Origin: an uncultured Verrucomicrobiae bacterium
Lineage (GTDB): Bacteria > Verrucomicrobiota > Verrucomicrobiia > Limisphaerales > JAFGQR01
Assembly (NCBI GenBank): GCA_963788655.1
Contig: CAWBHS010000076.1
Span: 64,001 to 128,000 of the forward strand
Length of the DNA: 64,000 nucleotides
Reading direction: 5' to 3'
The notes beneath the pieces were generated by a model. The model had not been told where the DNA came from and ran no database searches. It saw only the letters and a program-made list of their open reading frames with translations. The translations under genes were made by a program, and so were the position numbers. Shown here one piece after another: positions 31,301-43,353 of the stretch (position 1 is its first letter; the number at the start of each line of letters is the position of its first letter).

Positions 31301-32521
31301 ATGACCGACGCCTCCACAGGTCTGGCCCAGGGCGACCTCCAGGACCAGAAAGTCAAAGACTACCATTCGGACCTGGGTACGACGCAAACGCAAACGGTCA
31401 CTCTGCCCGGCTTCCGCACCCAGTCGGGCTACGTGTTCGAGTCGGTGGAAGTGGCGTACCAGACCCTCGGCACACTGTCGCCGGACAAAGACAACGCGAT
31501 CCTCGTATGCCACGCGCTTTCCGGCGATGCTCACGTGGCTGGCCTGAGTCCGGCCACCGGCCGCCCGGGTTGGTGGGATTACCACGTGGGTCCGGGCAAA
31601 GCCATCGACACGGACCGCTTCTTCGTGATCAGTTCCAATGTGCTGGGCGGGTGCAGCGGCACCACCGGGCCGTCGTCGATCAATCCGGCCACTGGCCAGC
31701 CCTACGCCATGAGTTTCCCGCCGGTCAACATTCGCGACATGGTGGCGGTGCAATCCCGTTTGATCGATCACCTGGGCATTTCCAAGTTGTTTGCCGTGAC
31801 GGGTGGTTCGATGGGCGGCATGCAGGCCTTGGTCTGGGCGGTGGACTATCCCAATCGCGTCCACACCTGCGTGCCCATTGCCACCTGCATGGCGCACACG
31901 GCGATGCAGATCGCGTTCAACGAAATCGGACGCCAGGCGATCATCACGGACACGAACTGGAAGGGCGGTCACTACGAGGCGGGACACCGTCCCGAACACG
32001 GCTTGGCGGTGGCGCGCATGGTGGGGCACGTGACGTATCTCAGTGAGTTCGCCATGAAGACGAAGTTCGGTCGGAACCTCCAACGTGAGACGCACCCGGA
32101 GGATTTGTTCCCCGAATTTTTCGCCATCGAAAGTTACTTGCAGTATCAGGGTGAGAGTTTTGTCAAACGCTTTGATCCCAACTCGTATTTGTTCATTACC
32201 AAGGCGCTCGACCGGTTCGAGCTCATGGAAGGCCGCCCCCCGCACGACGTGCTGGGCGGTGTCAAAGCGCGGTTCCTGGTCATCTCGTTTGCGTCGGACT
32301 GGCTGTATCCGCCCGATCAATCGCAGCAACTGGTCCGGGCGCTGAAGCGCTCCAGTGCGGTGGTCACCTACCTGAACATGGAGACACCGTACGGACACGA
32401 TTCCTTCCTGATCCACAACCCTGATTTTTCACAGGTGGTACACCACTTTCTCAACCGCGAGTATCACCGCCAACGCACGCCGTTGAAGAAAACCACGCAG
32501 GTAGTCCGCCACTCGCCATAA
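31301..32521 (+). CDS. metX: Homoserine O-acetyltransferase
   Basis: CHALSGDAH, SNVLGGC.GTTGP, GGSMGGMQ, SDWLYP, YGHDSFL. Confidence 0.95.
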   Translation: MTDASTGLAQGDLQDQKVKDYHSDLGTTQTQTVTLPGFRTQSGYVFESVEVAYQTLGTLSPDKDNAILVCHALSGDAHVAGLSPATGRPGWWDYHVGPGKAIDTDRFFVISSNVLGGCSGTTGPSSINPATGQPYAMSFPPVNIRDMVAVQSRLIDHLGISKLFAVTGGSMGGMQALVWAVDYPNRVHTCVPIATCMAHTAMQIAFNEIGRQAIITDTNWKGGHYEAGHRPEHGLAVARMVGHVTYLSEFAMKTKFGRNLQRETHPEDLFPEFFAIESYLQYQGESFVKRFDPNSYLFITKALDRFELMEGRPPHDVLGGVKARFLVISFASDWLYPPDQSQQLVRALKRSSAVVTYLNMETPYGHDSFLIHNPDFSQVVHHFLNREYHRQRTPLKKTTQVVRHSP

Positions 32522-32527
32522 GCCCCC

Positions 32528-33130
32528 ATGCCGTACCAACCGCTCTACGATACCGTGCTGGAATGGATCCCGCCCAAATCGCGGGTGCTGGACCTGGGGA
32601 CGGGCGACGGTGAATTGCTGGAGCGGCTCATCAAGACGAAACGCGTCTATGGCGAAGGCGTGGAACTGGATTCCAAACAGGTGGCCCGGTGCATCGAACG
32701 CGGCCTGGCCGTGCATCAGGGCGACGTCATGAACGGCCTGGACCAATACGGCAACGGCGCATTCGACTACGTCCTGCTGCTCGGCACATTCCAGGAATTG
32801 AAGGCCTCCGAGAAACTGGTCAATGAAGCCATGCGCGTGTCGCGGCGGCTCGTTGTTTCCTACAGCAATTTCGGTTACGTGCGCGCCCGGTGGCAGATGA
32901 TGGCGGGCGGCCGTTCACCGATGACGAAGGCATTGCCCTCGCCCTGGTACCGCACCCCCAATATTCATTTTTTCACGATCCTCGATTTCCAGGACTTTTG
33001 CCACGAAATGAATATCCGCGAACTCGAAACCGCCTATTTCAACGCGCGCGGCCGCGTGCGCTGGCTGCCCAACCTCCGGGCTGAAGTGGCGCTGACGTTG
33101 TTGGAAGGCGAACCGCAGCGGGCAGAGTGA
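32528..33130 (+). CDS. metW: Methionine biosynthesis protein MetW
   Basis: SRVLDLGTGDGELL, GRSPMTKALPSPWYRTPNIHFFTILDF; directly follows metX. Confidence 0.92.
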   Translation: MPYQPLYDTVLEWIPPKSRVLDLGTGDGELLERLIKTKRVYGEGVELDSKQVARCIERGLAVHQGDVMNGLDQYGNGAFDYVLLLGTFQELKASEKLVNEAMRVSRRLVVSYSNFGYVRARWQMMAGGRSPMTKALPSPWYRTPNIHFFTILDFQDFCHEMNIRELETAYFNARGRVRWLPNLRAEVALTLLEGEPQRAE

Positions 33131-33202
33131 GCGGCAACCAAACCGCTGGAAGGTTGCACGCCGAACCGCAAACCTCCCAGGAACCATCCGAGTGGCCGCC
33201 AG

Positions 33203-33285
33203 GTTTTGGAGTGCGGCAGTCCTCTGCCGCTGTCGAACGCATCGCCACCCATTGAAAGCGGCAGAGGACTGCCGCACTCCAAAAC
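33203..33285. repeat. REP doublet (GGAGTGCGGCAGTCCTCTGCCGCT family)
   Basis: Perfect inverted pair at 33203-33231 and 33257-33285; related degenerate pair at 49358-49478. Confidence 0.85.
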
Positions 33286-33433
33286 GCTCGCGCGACTGGC
33301 AGAGGCGCCCAACCAGATGGTGCCCCGTTGCTTTCCTGGTTTTCCTTGTCCGGCGCTTGCCGCCGGCCACATGATGCGTCGCATGATGCCAATCGGCATT
33401 GACACTTAGAATGTGCAGCATAAGACTCAAAAT

Positions 33434-34475
33434 ATGAAGCGACTTCGCATAGTAGTTGGCGTGTTCATTCTCGGGGCGATTGCCGCTGGCTTATGGTTTT
33501 GGAATTCCCGCCAACCGACAACGGATGAGCACGAACTGGTTTTGTACGGCAACGTCGATATCCGCCAGGTGCAACTGGCGTTCAATGGCAGCGAACGGAT
33601 CGTCGCGCTGCTCGTTCAGGAAGGTGACCGGGTAAAATCCGGTCAATTGCTCGGCTTGCTGGATACGAATCGGCTGGCGGCGGCGGTCGCCAGTCGCGGG
33701 GCGCAAGTAGCCGCACAGCGCCAGGTGGTCGCCCGTTTCGACGCCGGCAACCGGCCCGAGGATATTCGCAAAGCCAAAGCCGATCTGGAAGTGGCTCAAG
33801 CCGAAGCCCGCAACGCGCAACTTACCTTCCAACGCGCCACCAATTTGCAGGCCCAGGGCGTGTTGGCCCCGCAACAACTAGATGACACCACGGCCGCCCT
33901 GAGCGTCGCGGACTCCCGAGTGAATGCGGCCAAGCAAGCGTACGACCTGATGGTAATCGGTCCGCGCAAGGAGGACATTGCCGCCGCCAAAGCCACCTTG
34001 CAGGCTTATGAGGCGGAGTTGGCGCTGGCGCAACGTCAACTGGCCGACGCCCGTCTCTTGTGCGCCCACCAACGGCGTCATCCAGAACCGCATCCTCGAA
34101 CCCGGCGATATGGCGTCGCCGCAAAAATCCGTGTTCGCCATGGCGCTGGACGATCCGCTCTGGGTGCGGGCTTACGTGCCAGAAACCGAACTGGGCAAAC
34201 TCCAACTCGGTATAAAAGCTGAGGTGACCACCGACACGTTTCCGGGAAAAACGTACGACGGGTGGGTGGGATTCATTTCTCCGACGGCAGAATTCACTCC
34301 CAAGACCGTCGAAACTACGGAAGTGCGCACCAAGCTCGTGTTTCAAGTTCGTGTGTTCGTGCGCAATCCACAGGACGAATTGCGACTGGGCATGCCCGCG
34401 GTCGTCACCATTCCGCTGACGGCGCCATCCACCGCCAATGCGGAGGCAAAACCGTCCACCACCAATACGCCTTGA
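33434..34475 (+). CDS. HlyD-family periplasmic adaptor (YbhG-like), one frameshift near 34060
   Basis: LYGNVDIRQVQLAF, EGDRVKSGQ, then WVRAYVPE..GFISPTAEFTPKTVET..LRLGMP in the next frame. Confidence 0.88.
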
Positions 34476-34487
34476 CGTTGCGACTGC

Positions 34488-36284
34488 ATGGATGATTCCG
34501 TCAAACTCGGGCCTCCGACCATCGCCTCCGACCCAGTGTTGGAGCTGCGCGGTATCAGCAAGAAGTTCGTCGCCGGTGGCCGCACCATTCAGGCGCTGCG
34601 CCAGGTTCATTTCAGTGTGCAACGCGGTCGGGTAACCGGCTTGATCGGACCGGACGGCGCGGGCAAGACCACCTCGATGCGGATGGCCGTGGGGTTGTTG
34701 ACGCCGGACGAAGGCCAGATCGTGGCGCTGGGCTTTGACGCAACCCGCGAATCCCTCGCGGTGCAAGCGCGCGTCGGTTACATGCCGCAACGGTTCGGGC
34801 TCTACGAAGATCTGTCCGTCCAGGAGAACCTCGATTTGTATGCCGACTTGCAGGGCTTGCCCCACCGGGAGCGCGCGCCGCGCTACGAGGAATTGATGCG
34901 CATGACCGGTTTGGCCCGGTTTACTGGGCGGCTGGCCGGACGCCTTTCCGGCGGCATGAAACAGAAACTGGGGCTGGCCTGCACGCTCGTGCGTCCGCCG
35001 GAATTGCTCTTGTTGGACGAACCCACCGTGGGCGTTGATCCCGTTTCCCGGCGCGAACTTTGGCAGATCGTCTATCGGCTCGTGCAGCAGGAAGGGATGA
35101 CCGTCCTGCTCAGCACTGCTTACTTGGACGAAGCCGAGCGCTGCGATGAGGTGATCCTGATGCATGACGGCGAAGTGCTTGGCCACGGTCCGCCGCAGGA
35201 ATTTCGCGAGCGTTCGCGGGGCCGCACTTACATGGTGTCCACCGCCGCGGTACACAAACGCGCGCTCCAGCATCAACTCTCCCACGCGCCCGCCGTGGTC
35301 GATGCCCTCATTCAAGGCGAACGAGTGCGGTTGGTGATGGACAGCACCGTGGTGCCGGAACGCGAAACCCTGCTGCCCGACGTTCCTAACGTTTCCATCC
35401 AACCAGTAGCGCCGCGTCTGGAAGACAGCTTTGTGGCCTTGCTGCGAAAACGAGAAACCAAAGCCGACTCCAAGCGGCCCGCGCACCCAGATCACGCGGA
35501 AGGCAATTCACCCGACCGCGAACACGGCGCGGTCATCGAAGTGGACGGGGTGAAACGGCGCTTTGGAGATTTCTATGCGGTCAAGGGATTAACCTTCCAA
35601 GTGGAGCGCGGCGAAGTTTTCGGTCTGCTGGGAGCCAACGGTGCCGGCAAGTCCACCACGTTCCGCATGCTCTGCGGATTGCTGCCCGCCACCGAAGGCC
35701 GTCTGCGCGTGGCGGGCCTGGATTTGCGGCACGCGGCGGCTGCGGCGCGGGCCCGGATTGGTTACATGTCCCAGAAATTCTCACTCTACGGCAACCTGAG
35801 CGTGTGCGAAAACCTCCGCTTCTTCAGCAGCGCCTACGGGCTGGCGGGCCGGCGCCAGCGCGAGCGAATGGACTGGGCCCTCGAACAGTTCGAATTGGCG
35901 CCGCTGACCGACGCGACCAGCAGCGATCTGCCGCTGGGCCACAAACAACGGCTGGCGATGGCGTGCGCCCTGATGCACGAGCCGGAAATCCTTTTCTTGG
36001 ACGAACCCACTTCCGGGGTTGATCCGCTGGCGCGCCGCGAATTTTGGAGCCGCATCAACGCGCTGGCGGCCCGGAAGGTCACGGTCATGGTCACCACTCA
36101 TTTCATGGAAGAAGCCGAGTATTGCGACCGGCTGGCCATCATGGCCGACGGGGAAATTCTCGCCCTCGGCACGCCCGAAGCCATCAAAGCCGCGCAACGT
36201 TCCGAAGCTAAACCGGACCCGACCATGGAGGATGCGTTCATTGCGCTGATCGAACATCAAGACGAGCAAACGGAAGCCGCATGA
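34488..36284 (+). CDS. ABC transporter ATP-binding protein with two NBDs (YbhF-like)
   Basis: GPDGAGKT/LSGGMKQ/LLDEPT and GANGAGKS/LDEPTSGVDP. Confidence 0.93.
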   Translation: MDDSVKLGPPTIASDPVLELRGISKKFVAGGRTIQALRQVHFSVQRGRVTGLIGPDGAGKTTSMRMAVGLLTPDEGQIVALGFDATRESLAVQARVGYMPQRFGLYEDLSVQENLDLYADLQGLPHRERAPRYEELMRMTGLARFTGRLAGRLSGGMKQKLGLACTLVRPPELLLLDEPTVGVDPVSRRELWQIVYRLVQQEGMTVLLSTAYLDEAERCDEVILMHDGEVLGHGPPQEFRERSRGRTYMVSTAAVHKRALQHQLSHAPAVVDALIQGERVRLVMDSTVVPERETLLPDVPNVSIQPVAPRLEDSFVALLRKRETKADSKRPAHPDHAEGNSPDREHGAVIEVDGVKRRFGDFYAVKGLTFQVERGEVFGLLGANGAGKSTTFRMLCGLLPATEGRLRVAGLDLRHAAAAARARIGYMSQKFSLYGNLSVCENLRFFSSAYGLAGRRQRERMDWALEQFELAPLTDATSSDLPLGHKQRLAMACALMHEPEILFLDEPTSGVDPLARREFWSRINALAARKVTVMVTTHFMEEAEYCDRLAIMADGEILALGTPEAIKAAQRSEAKPDPTMEDAFIALIEHQDEQTEAA

Positions 36285-37453
36285 GCCACGCCGATTCCAA
36301 CCCGCACCATCCTGGCCCTGCCCCCGCGCGGGGGGCGGCCGCATGCGGCTGCGCGGCTTGATCCGAAAGGAGTTTTACCAAATCCTGCGTGACCCCAGCA
36401 GCATCGCCATTGCCTTCCTGCTGCCGGTGGTGTTGCTGCTGATTTTCGGTTACGGCGTTTCGCTGGATGCGGAGCACGTGCCCATTGCGCTGGTCGTGGA
36501 ACAGCCCAGCGCCGATACGGCGAGCTTCACCAGCGGCTTTCAGCAGTCGCGTTATTTTGCCCCGGTGTTCATGCGCAACTTGCGCGAGGCCGAAGCGGCT
36601 TTGATGCAGCGGCCGTGTAAGCCATCGTGCATTTGCGCGCCGATTTTGCCCGGCAACTGCGCCAGCCGGACGGCGCGCCCATCCAGGTGATCGTCAACGG
36701 CGTGGACGCCAACACCGGCCGGCTCATTCTCGGTTACGTGCAGGGCGTCTGGCAAAAATGGCTGCAACGTCAGATGCAAGCCGAATGGCGAGGCGCTCTC
36801 CCCGCCGGTCCAACTCGAGCCGCGGGTCTGGTTCAACAGCGAACTGCGCAGCCGCAACTTTCTGGTGCCCGGGCTTGATCGCCATCATCATGACCTTGAT
36901 CGGCGCGCTGCTGACGGCGCTGGTGATGGCGCGCGAATGGGAACGCGGCACGATGGAGGCGCTGATGGTGACGCCGGTGACGATGCGCGAAGTGCTGCTC
37001 GGCAAAGCTGGTGCCGTATTTCCTGTCTGGGCCTGGGCGGCATGGCGTTGTCCGTAGCCATGGGCGTCTGGCTGTTCGGCGTGCCGTTGCGCGGCTCGCT
37101 TTGGGTGCTTGTTCGGCAGCGCCGCGCTGTTCCTGCTGGCGGCGCTGGGCATGGGACTGCTGATTTCGACGGTGACAAAGAACCAGTTCGTGGCCGGGCA
37201 GGTGGCGATCATCACGACGTTCCTGCCGGCGTTCATCCTGTCGGGTTTCATTTTCGACATTGGCAGCATGCCGCCGGTCGTCCAGGGCATCACTCACGTC
37301 CTGGCGGCGCGCTATTTCGTGGCGATGCTGCAAACGGTCTTCCTGGCCGGCAACGTGTGGTCGGTGATCCTGCCCAACGCGCTGGCGCTGCTATTGATGG
37401 CGGCGTTCTTTCTGGGCGTCAGCCGGCGCAAATTGCGCAAACGTTTGGAATAG
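36281..37453 (+). CDS. ABC-2 permease (YbhS-like), multiply frameshifted
   Basis: [41 protein letters not shown] in different frames. Confidence 0.85.
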
Positions 37454-37461
37454 GAGCGCGG

Positions 37462-38574
37462 ATGTTCCGGCGAATTCGAGCGCTCATGATCAAGGAGTTT
37501 CTGGCCCTGCTGAAGGACAAGCGGAGCCGGACGGTGGTCTTGATTCCGCCCATCCTGCAATTGCTGGTCTTTGGCTACGCCGCAACGTTCGATCTGAACC
37601 GCATTCCGTTCGCGGTTCTATAACGAAGACCTGGGGCAAGCCTTCGCGCGACCTGGTGGCGCGCTTCGCCGGTTCGCCCAATTTCCATCAGGTGGCGGTG
37701 TTGACTCACGAGGACGCAGATCGCGCCTGAGGTTGACGGGCGGAACGTGCTGATGGTGCTGCACATCGGACCGCAGTTCAGCCGTGAGCTGCTCGCGGCC
37801 GGTCGGGTCCGGTGCAGGTGATCGTGGACGGACGCAACTCGAACACCGCGGCGATTCTGTTGAATTACGTCAACACCATCGTCGCCGCGTTCAACGTGGA
37901 CTGGCAGCAGCGAACCGGCAGGGGGACGGCGCTCGGCGCATTTGGAAACGCGGGCGTGGTTCAATCCCAACCTGCTCAGCCGCTGGTTTATCGTGCCGGG
38001 CATCGTGGGATTGCTAACCCTGGTGGTGACCACGCTGGTGACGGCCCTTTCGGTGGCCCGCGAACGCGAGCAAGGCACCTTCGACCAGTTGCTGGTCACC
38101 CCGTTCCGCCCGGGGGAAATTCTCATCGGCAAGGCGTTGCCCGGATTCATGATCGGCTTTTTCGAGGCCACGCTCATCATCCTGATCGCGACCTTTTGGT
38201 TCCAAGTGCCGTTGCGCGGCAGTCTGTTGACGCTTTACGTAGGGCTGTTCTGCTTTGTGCTTTCGACCGTCGGAATGGGCTTGATGATTTCTTCCCTGGC
38301 CGTCACGCAGCAACAAGGATTGCTGGGCGCGTTCCTGTTCCTGGTGCCGTCCATCATTCTGTCCGGTTTCGCCACCCCCATCGCCAACATGCCGCATTGG
38401 GTGCAACAGATCACGTACCTCGATCCGCTGCGCTATTTTCTAGTAATCCTGCGGGGGGTGTTCCTGGAAGGCACACCGTTCCATCTATTGATCGATCAAT
38501 TCTGGCCCATGGCCATCATCGGGGTGGTCAACCTGACTTTGGCCGGATGGCTGTTCCGCCACCGGCTGTATTGA
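37462..38574 (+). CDS. ABC-2 permease (YbhR-like), multiply frameshifted
   Basis: MFRRIRALMIKEFLALLKDKRS, DGRNSNTA, AREREQGTFDQLLVTP, LSGFATPIANMP. Confidence 0.85.
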
Positions 38575-38803
38575 GGGAGCCAACGGTCGAGTTATTCCCC
38601 TTTTGGCCGATAAGGAACCAGACGAGCCATGGCCGCCGCAATGTGCGAAGCAAGGGGCATTCGGCTCCGGCGTTTTGATCCAGTATCCTTTTCTGGCTGG
38701 ACAAAGCCCATTGGAGCCGGTTGAAATGGACAGGATGTGTTTCCGTCCTGCTGGTTGCGGCTCCTAGAAGCCCATGCTAGGTTGGCGCGCACATTAATTT
38801 AAG

Positions 38804-40843
38804 ATGGCTGACGATAGAAAACGCAAAGACGACGGAAATCAACGAAAGAACGGCGAGTTCCGAGTGCCGCCGCGTTCGTATATGCTGTGGATTGCCCTGC
38901 TGCTGGCGATCCCGCTATTGATGTTTTTCAAAAGCAGCACCTCGTCGCAAGGGAGATCCATCTCCCAGGTTGATTTCATGCGGTTGGTGGATTCGAACCA
39001 CATCGCCAACGGCGTGATCGTGTACGATCCCCAATCACCTTATCTCCAGGAAATTCACGGCAACTTTTACGAAACTGAACCCAATGGCGAGGTTAAGATG
39101 GACAAAGGCAAGCCGGTGGAAGTGCCTTTCAACGCCAAAGTAAGGCTGACCGACACCCTGGAGGACAAGGTTCTGAACAGTGGGGTCTTCGCCACCAAAC
39201 AAGCCAACGCCGTTCTGATGGGTTTGGTTTATAGTTTGGGACCAATCCTGCTCATTGGCTTGTTTATTTGGTTCTTCTTTATCCGCCAACTCAAAATGGC
39301 GGGCAAAGGCGCCTTGAGCTTCGGCAAGAGCAAAGCGCGCATGCTGGCCAAAGAAAAGAACAAGACCACCTTCAAAGACGTGGCCGGAGTTGAAGAAGCC
39401 AAAGAAGAAGTCCAGGAACTGGTCGATTTCTTGAAGGATCCGAAGAAGTTTCAGAAACTCGGCGGTCGTATTCCCAAAGGCGTCCTCATGGTTGGACCGC
39501 CCGGCACCGGCAAAACGCTGTTGGCCAAGGCCATTGCCGGCGAAGCGGACGCGGCTTTTTTCAGCATCAGCGGTTCGGATTTCGTGGAAATGTTTGTCGG
39601 GGTGGGCGCCAGCCGGGTGCGCGACATGTTCGAGCAGGCGCGCAAAAACACCCCTTGCCTGGTGTTTATTGACGAAATTGACGCCGTGGGCCGTAGCCGC
39701 GGACACGGTTTGGGCGGCGGCAATGACGAACGCGAGCAAACCCTCAATGCCTTGCTCGTGGAAATGGACGGTTTTGACACCACGGAAGGCATCATCATCA
39801 TTGCCGCAACGAACCGGCCCGACGTGCTGGATCCCGCGCTGTTACGACCGGGCCGATTTGATCGGCAAATCACCGTCAACCTGCCGGACGTGCGCGGACG
39901 CGAGGCCATTCTCAAGGTCCATGCCAAGAACGTGAAACTGGACATGGGCGTTGACTTGGCCGTCATCGCGCGCGGCACCCCGGGCTATTCCGGCGCGGAA
40001 CTGGCGAACCTGCTCAATGAAGCGGCGCTGCTGGCCGCCCGCATGGGCAAGAAAGCTGTGGGCATGGCGGAACTCGAGGAAGCGCGCGACAAAGTCCGCT
40101 GGGGCCGGGAACGCCGCAGCATGGCCATGACGGACGAAGAAAAGAAATGCACGGCTTGGCACGAGGCCGGTCATGCGCTGGTCAACGTCATGCTGGAGCA
40201 CACTCATCCCCTGCACAAAGTGACCATCATTCCGCGGGGCCAGGCGCTGGGTGCCACCATGTATTTGCCCAAGGACGACGTGCTCAACCGCAAACGCAAA
40301 GAGTTGCTGGATATGATCGCCGTGACGATGGCCGGCCGGATTGCCGAGGAAATCGTGTCGGAAGACATCTCGAGCGGCGCTGCCGGCGACATTCAACAGG
40401 CCACCCAGATGGCCCGGGCCATGGTAACCCAATGGGGCATGAGCGACAAAGTGGGCATGGTGCAATACGGCGACAACAGCGAATACGTTTTCCTGGGCCG
40501 CGAAATGATGCGGAGCAAAGATTATAGCGAGCAAACCGCCCAGGAGATTGACCAGGAAGTCAAACGGATCATCAACGGACAGTTCGAAATCGCGCGGCGC
40601 ATCATTTCGGAGAACCGGGACAAGTTGGAATTGATCGCCAAGAGCCTCCTCGAATACGAGACGTTGGAAGGCCAGCAAGTCGAAGAAATCGTTCGCACCG
40701 GCAAGTTCACTCCACCGTCGGAAAAGGCGACGCCAGCCGGCCCGCTGACCGGCGCGCCAGCCGGTACTCCGTTGCCCGAAGTCGTCAAGCCGGCGCCTCC
40801 AACCCTGCCGGGTTTGGGTTCTCCCGCGCCCGCGACGGCCTGA
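38804..40843 (+). CDS. ftsH: ATP-dependent zinc metalloprotease FtsH
   Basis: Two TM helices, [16 protein letters not shown] (LLRPGRFDR), HEAGH. Confidence 0.97.
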   Translation: MADDRKRKDDGNQRKNGEFRVPPRSYMLWIALLLAIPLLMFFKSSTSSQGRSISQVDFMRLVDSNHIANGVIVYDPQSPYLQEIHGNFYETEPNGEVKMDKGKPVEVPFNAKVRLTDTLEDKVLNSGVFATKQANAVLMGLVYSLGPILLIGLFIWFFFIRQLKMAGKGALSFGKSKARMLAKEKNKTTFKDVAGVEEAKEEVQELVDFLKDPKKFQKLGGRIPKGVLMVGPPGTGKTLLAKAIAGEADAAFFSISGSDFVEMFVGVGASRVRDMFEQARKNTPCLVFIDEIDAVGRSRGHGLGGGNDEREQTLNALLVEMDGFDTTEGIIIIAATNRPDVLDPALLRPGRFDRQITVNLPDVRGREAILKVHAKNVKLDMGVDLAVIARGTPGYSGAELANLLNEAALLAARMGKKAVGMAELEEARDKVRWGRERRSMAMTDEEKKCTAWHEAGHALVNVMLEHTHPLHKVTIIPRGQALGATMYLPKDDVLNRKRKELLDMIAVTMAGRIAEEIVSEDISSGAAGDIQQATQMARAMVTQWGMSDKVGMVQYGDNSEYVFLGREMMRSKDYSEQTAQEIDQEVKRIINGQFEIARRIISENRDKLELIAKSLLEYETLEGQQVEEIVRTGKFTPPSEKATPAGPLTGAPAGTPLPEVVKPAPPTLPGLGSPAPATA

Positions 40844-40975
40844 GTCCTATCATTTCCATCAAGACGGGGCATTTCCGCCCACTTTGCTTTTTTCCGCGCG
40901 GATCCAGCCAACGGGCTTCTTTTGCGGTCGCCAATTACTGGTGAGCAGGCAATGCAGGCTTTCCTGCAGTCAGTA

Positions 40976-41161
40976 TCACAGCCTCAACAATGACTCCGGG
41001 CCGCCGGTGGCCCACTCCCACTTGGAGCACGTCAGCACCGCGTGACACAACAGATACTCCCGGGGCCGACCTCGCATACTCACTCCCAGCGCGTTGAGAT
41101 TGCTCCAGTCCAACTGCACGACGCGGCTGGGCAGAGGTTTCAATTCAAAGAACATTGCCAC
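40976..41161 (-). pseudogene. IS21-family IstA transposase fragment
   Basis: FFELKPLPSRVVQLDWSNLNALGVSMRG...LLCHAVLTCSKWEWAT..ESLL resembles the first catalytic-Asp (QxD[WF]) region of IstA. Confidence 0.55.
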
Positions 41162-41281
41162 AAGGGCGCAGGGATGCAGGTGCAGACAGGCAAGCCAGCG
41201 AAAAATAGTTTGACCGGGAACCAGCGATTTCGCGCTAATTTCCGGTCAAACCGAGAGAGATGGTAACCTGTGGAGAAAGAA

Positions 41282-41491
41282 TTATTGGAGAAACTCGACC
41301 AGCACCCAATAGGTCAACAGCACCAGCAAAAAGGAGATGAGCAACGGCCGGACACTGGTGTGCGTGCCCGCTTCCGCGGCTTCCCTTTGTGGACGCAAAC
41401 CGACTTCAGGCTTCGCCGGCCCAGCAGGCTCTTCCGGAGTCAGGACTCGCAGCGGCCTCTCTTCCAGGAGTTCCAAGATGCTTTGTTTCAT
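41282..41491 (-). CDS. Small protein with C-terminal TM helix
   Basis: 69-aa ORF downstream of ppx ending in LLISFLLVLLTYWVLVEFL. Confidence 0.45.
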   Translation of the reverse strand: MKQSILELLEERPLRVLTPEEPAGPAKPEVGLRPQREAAEAGTHTSVRPLLISFLLVLLTYWVLVEFLQ

Positions 41492-41606
41492 GGAGCAATA
41501 TCCCTTGCCGGCCAGTCCGTTACAATTGGAGGGATTACCCGCCGCCAGCTCCGTAAAACTACGATTCCCAGCTCCGTAGCCCGCGGAGTCCTGGCCGGCC
41601 TTCTGT

Positions 41607-42551
41607 TCAAGCCGGGGAATTCAACAACGCTCCAAACCGAAGGCCGCGGGTGCTGACGTAGATTTCAGGAAAATGAAGATGCTCCATCACCGCTTCATAA
41701 ATCGCCACGCCCAGTGGAAGAATATCAGCCCGACTGGGAGGCACGCCGACGATCTGCTTGCGTTCGGCCAACGGCAGACTCCAAAGCATCACCAAATGAT
41801 CCAGCACCTGGCTCTTGCTCAGGCGGGTGCCCTCCAGATGTTGCCGATTGAAGGTGTTCGCCTGCTGCGTCATCCGGGCCAGAATGGTGGTGGTGCCGCC
41901 CGTGCCAATGAGCCGGATGTTCGCGTGGATAGGCTCGCGCAGTAATCCTTCCAAGGTCGGCGCAAGCTGCTGATTGAAAAAATCCGTGAGCCAGCTTCGG
42001 CAATTCGTCAGGTCCCGCAAGCTAGGTGGGTCGGGAGGACGCAGAAGTTCCATCAACCGCACCGTGCCCAAGTTGAAGCTCTGACTGAAGGAAAGGTGTT
42101 CCCCGGCACCCAGAATGAATTCGCTGCTGCCGCCCCCGACGTCCAAAATCAGCAATGGCTTGCCCCCCAATAGCGGGTCCGTGTTGACACCGCGATAGAC
42201 CCATTCGGCTTCCTGGTCGCCGGAGATCACCTCGAGCGGCAATCCACAGGCTTGCTGAATGGACGCCTGGAGTTCCGCTTGGTTCTCCGCCTCCCGCGCG
42301 GCGCTGGTGCCGATGACTTGCACGGACTGCGCTTCCAATTGTCGCGCCAGCTTCGTGAATTCCGCCACTGCCAGGGCCGTTTGCTCGATGGCCTTGGGGT
42401 CCAATCGCCGCGTGGCATAGAAACCTTGTCCCAAGCGGGTCTGCCAGCTTTTTTCAATCACCGGCTCAACGGTCACGCTCCGAACGTCCGCCACGAGAAG
42501 TTTAACGGAGTTGGTGCCGACATCGATCACGGCCTTGCGAACGGGTAGCAT
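41607..42551 (-). CDS. ppx: Ppx/GppA exopolyphosphatase
   Basis: AVIDVGTNSVKLLV, TSAAREAEN, LDVGGGSSEF, GTGGT, GLRFG. Confidence 0.92.
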   Translation of the reverse strand: MLPVRKAVIDVGTNSVKLLVADVRSVTVEPVIEKSWQTRLGQGFYATRRLDPKAIEQTALAVAEFTKLARQLEAQSVQVIGTSAAREAENQAELQASIQQACGLPLEVISGDQEAEWVYRGVNTDPLLGGKPLLILDVGGGSSEFILGAGEHLSFSQSFNLGTVRLMELLRPPDPPSLRDLTNCRSWLTDFFNQQLAPTLEGLLREPIHANIRLIGTGGTTTILARMTQQANTFNRQHLEGTRLSKSQVLDHLVMLWSLPLAERKQIVGVPPSRADILPLGVAIYEAVMEHLHFPEIYVSTRGLRFGALLNSPA

Positions 42552-42668
42552 CGTAGCGCCAAACTACATCACGACTGGCCGACCAACCCAAGTCAAAACT
42601 GCTCCAACACAAAAGGCATGCTTGACACCCATTGGGCAAAGCGGACGATTGAGCCAATCGTACCGCTT

Positions 42669-43178
42669 ATGGAACTCTACTTTCTCAGGCATGCCAAAGC
42701 TGTGCCGCGCACTGGGCGCCTGGCCCACCGGGACGCCGAACGTGCGTTAACCCCGGACGGAGAGGAGAAGATGCGACTCATCGCCATGGGCCTCCAGACC
42801 CTGGATTTGCGCTTTGACCGAGTTCTAAGCAGCCCTTACGTACGGGCGCGCCAAACGGCGGACATTGCGGCCAAAGCCCTCAAATGCACCAGCAAACTCT
42901 CTCTCACCGAACAGTTGGCTCCCGCCGGCGATCCCAAGGGTTTGATCGCCGAAATCATTCGGCCCTCTCCCAGTCTGGGCAGCGTTTTGCTGGTCGGTCA
43001 TGAACCCTATCTCAGTGAGTTGATCTCCAAGTTGACGACCGGCACCACCCATCTGCGTCTGGACATGAAGAAGGCTGGTTTGGTCAAACTGAGCACGGAT
43101 GCCTTGCGCTACGGCCAATGCGCGACGTTGGAATGGCTGTTGCCTCCGCGCCACTTGGTACTCCTCTCGAAAGTATAG
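42669..43178 (+). CDS. sixA: Phosphohistidine phosphatase SixA
   Basis: MELYFLRHAKA, SSPYVRARQTA, LLVGHEP. Confidence 0.92.
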   Translation: MELYFLRHAKAVPRTGRLAHRDAERALTPDGEEKMRLIAMGLQTLDLRFDRVLSSPYVRARQTADIAAKALKCTSKLSLTEQLAPAGDPKGLIAEIIRPSPSLGSVLLVGHEPYLSELISKLTTGTTHLRLDMKKAGLVKLSTDALRYGQCATLEWLLPPRHLVLLSKV

Positions 43179-43353
43179 TTCGACCGCCGTCCTGGGGTCC
43201 CGCATTGCCAAGGCGGTTCCTCGTGTCGATGGCCGTTGGCCGAAAGGTTGGTGCGATCAATGGCATAGGGCAGATGGCAAACATCGGAGGCCGGACCATT
43301 TCCAAGCTTGCTGCCCGTCCGGTTTTCGATTATCCCCTGGGCAAAGGCAAATC

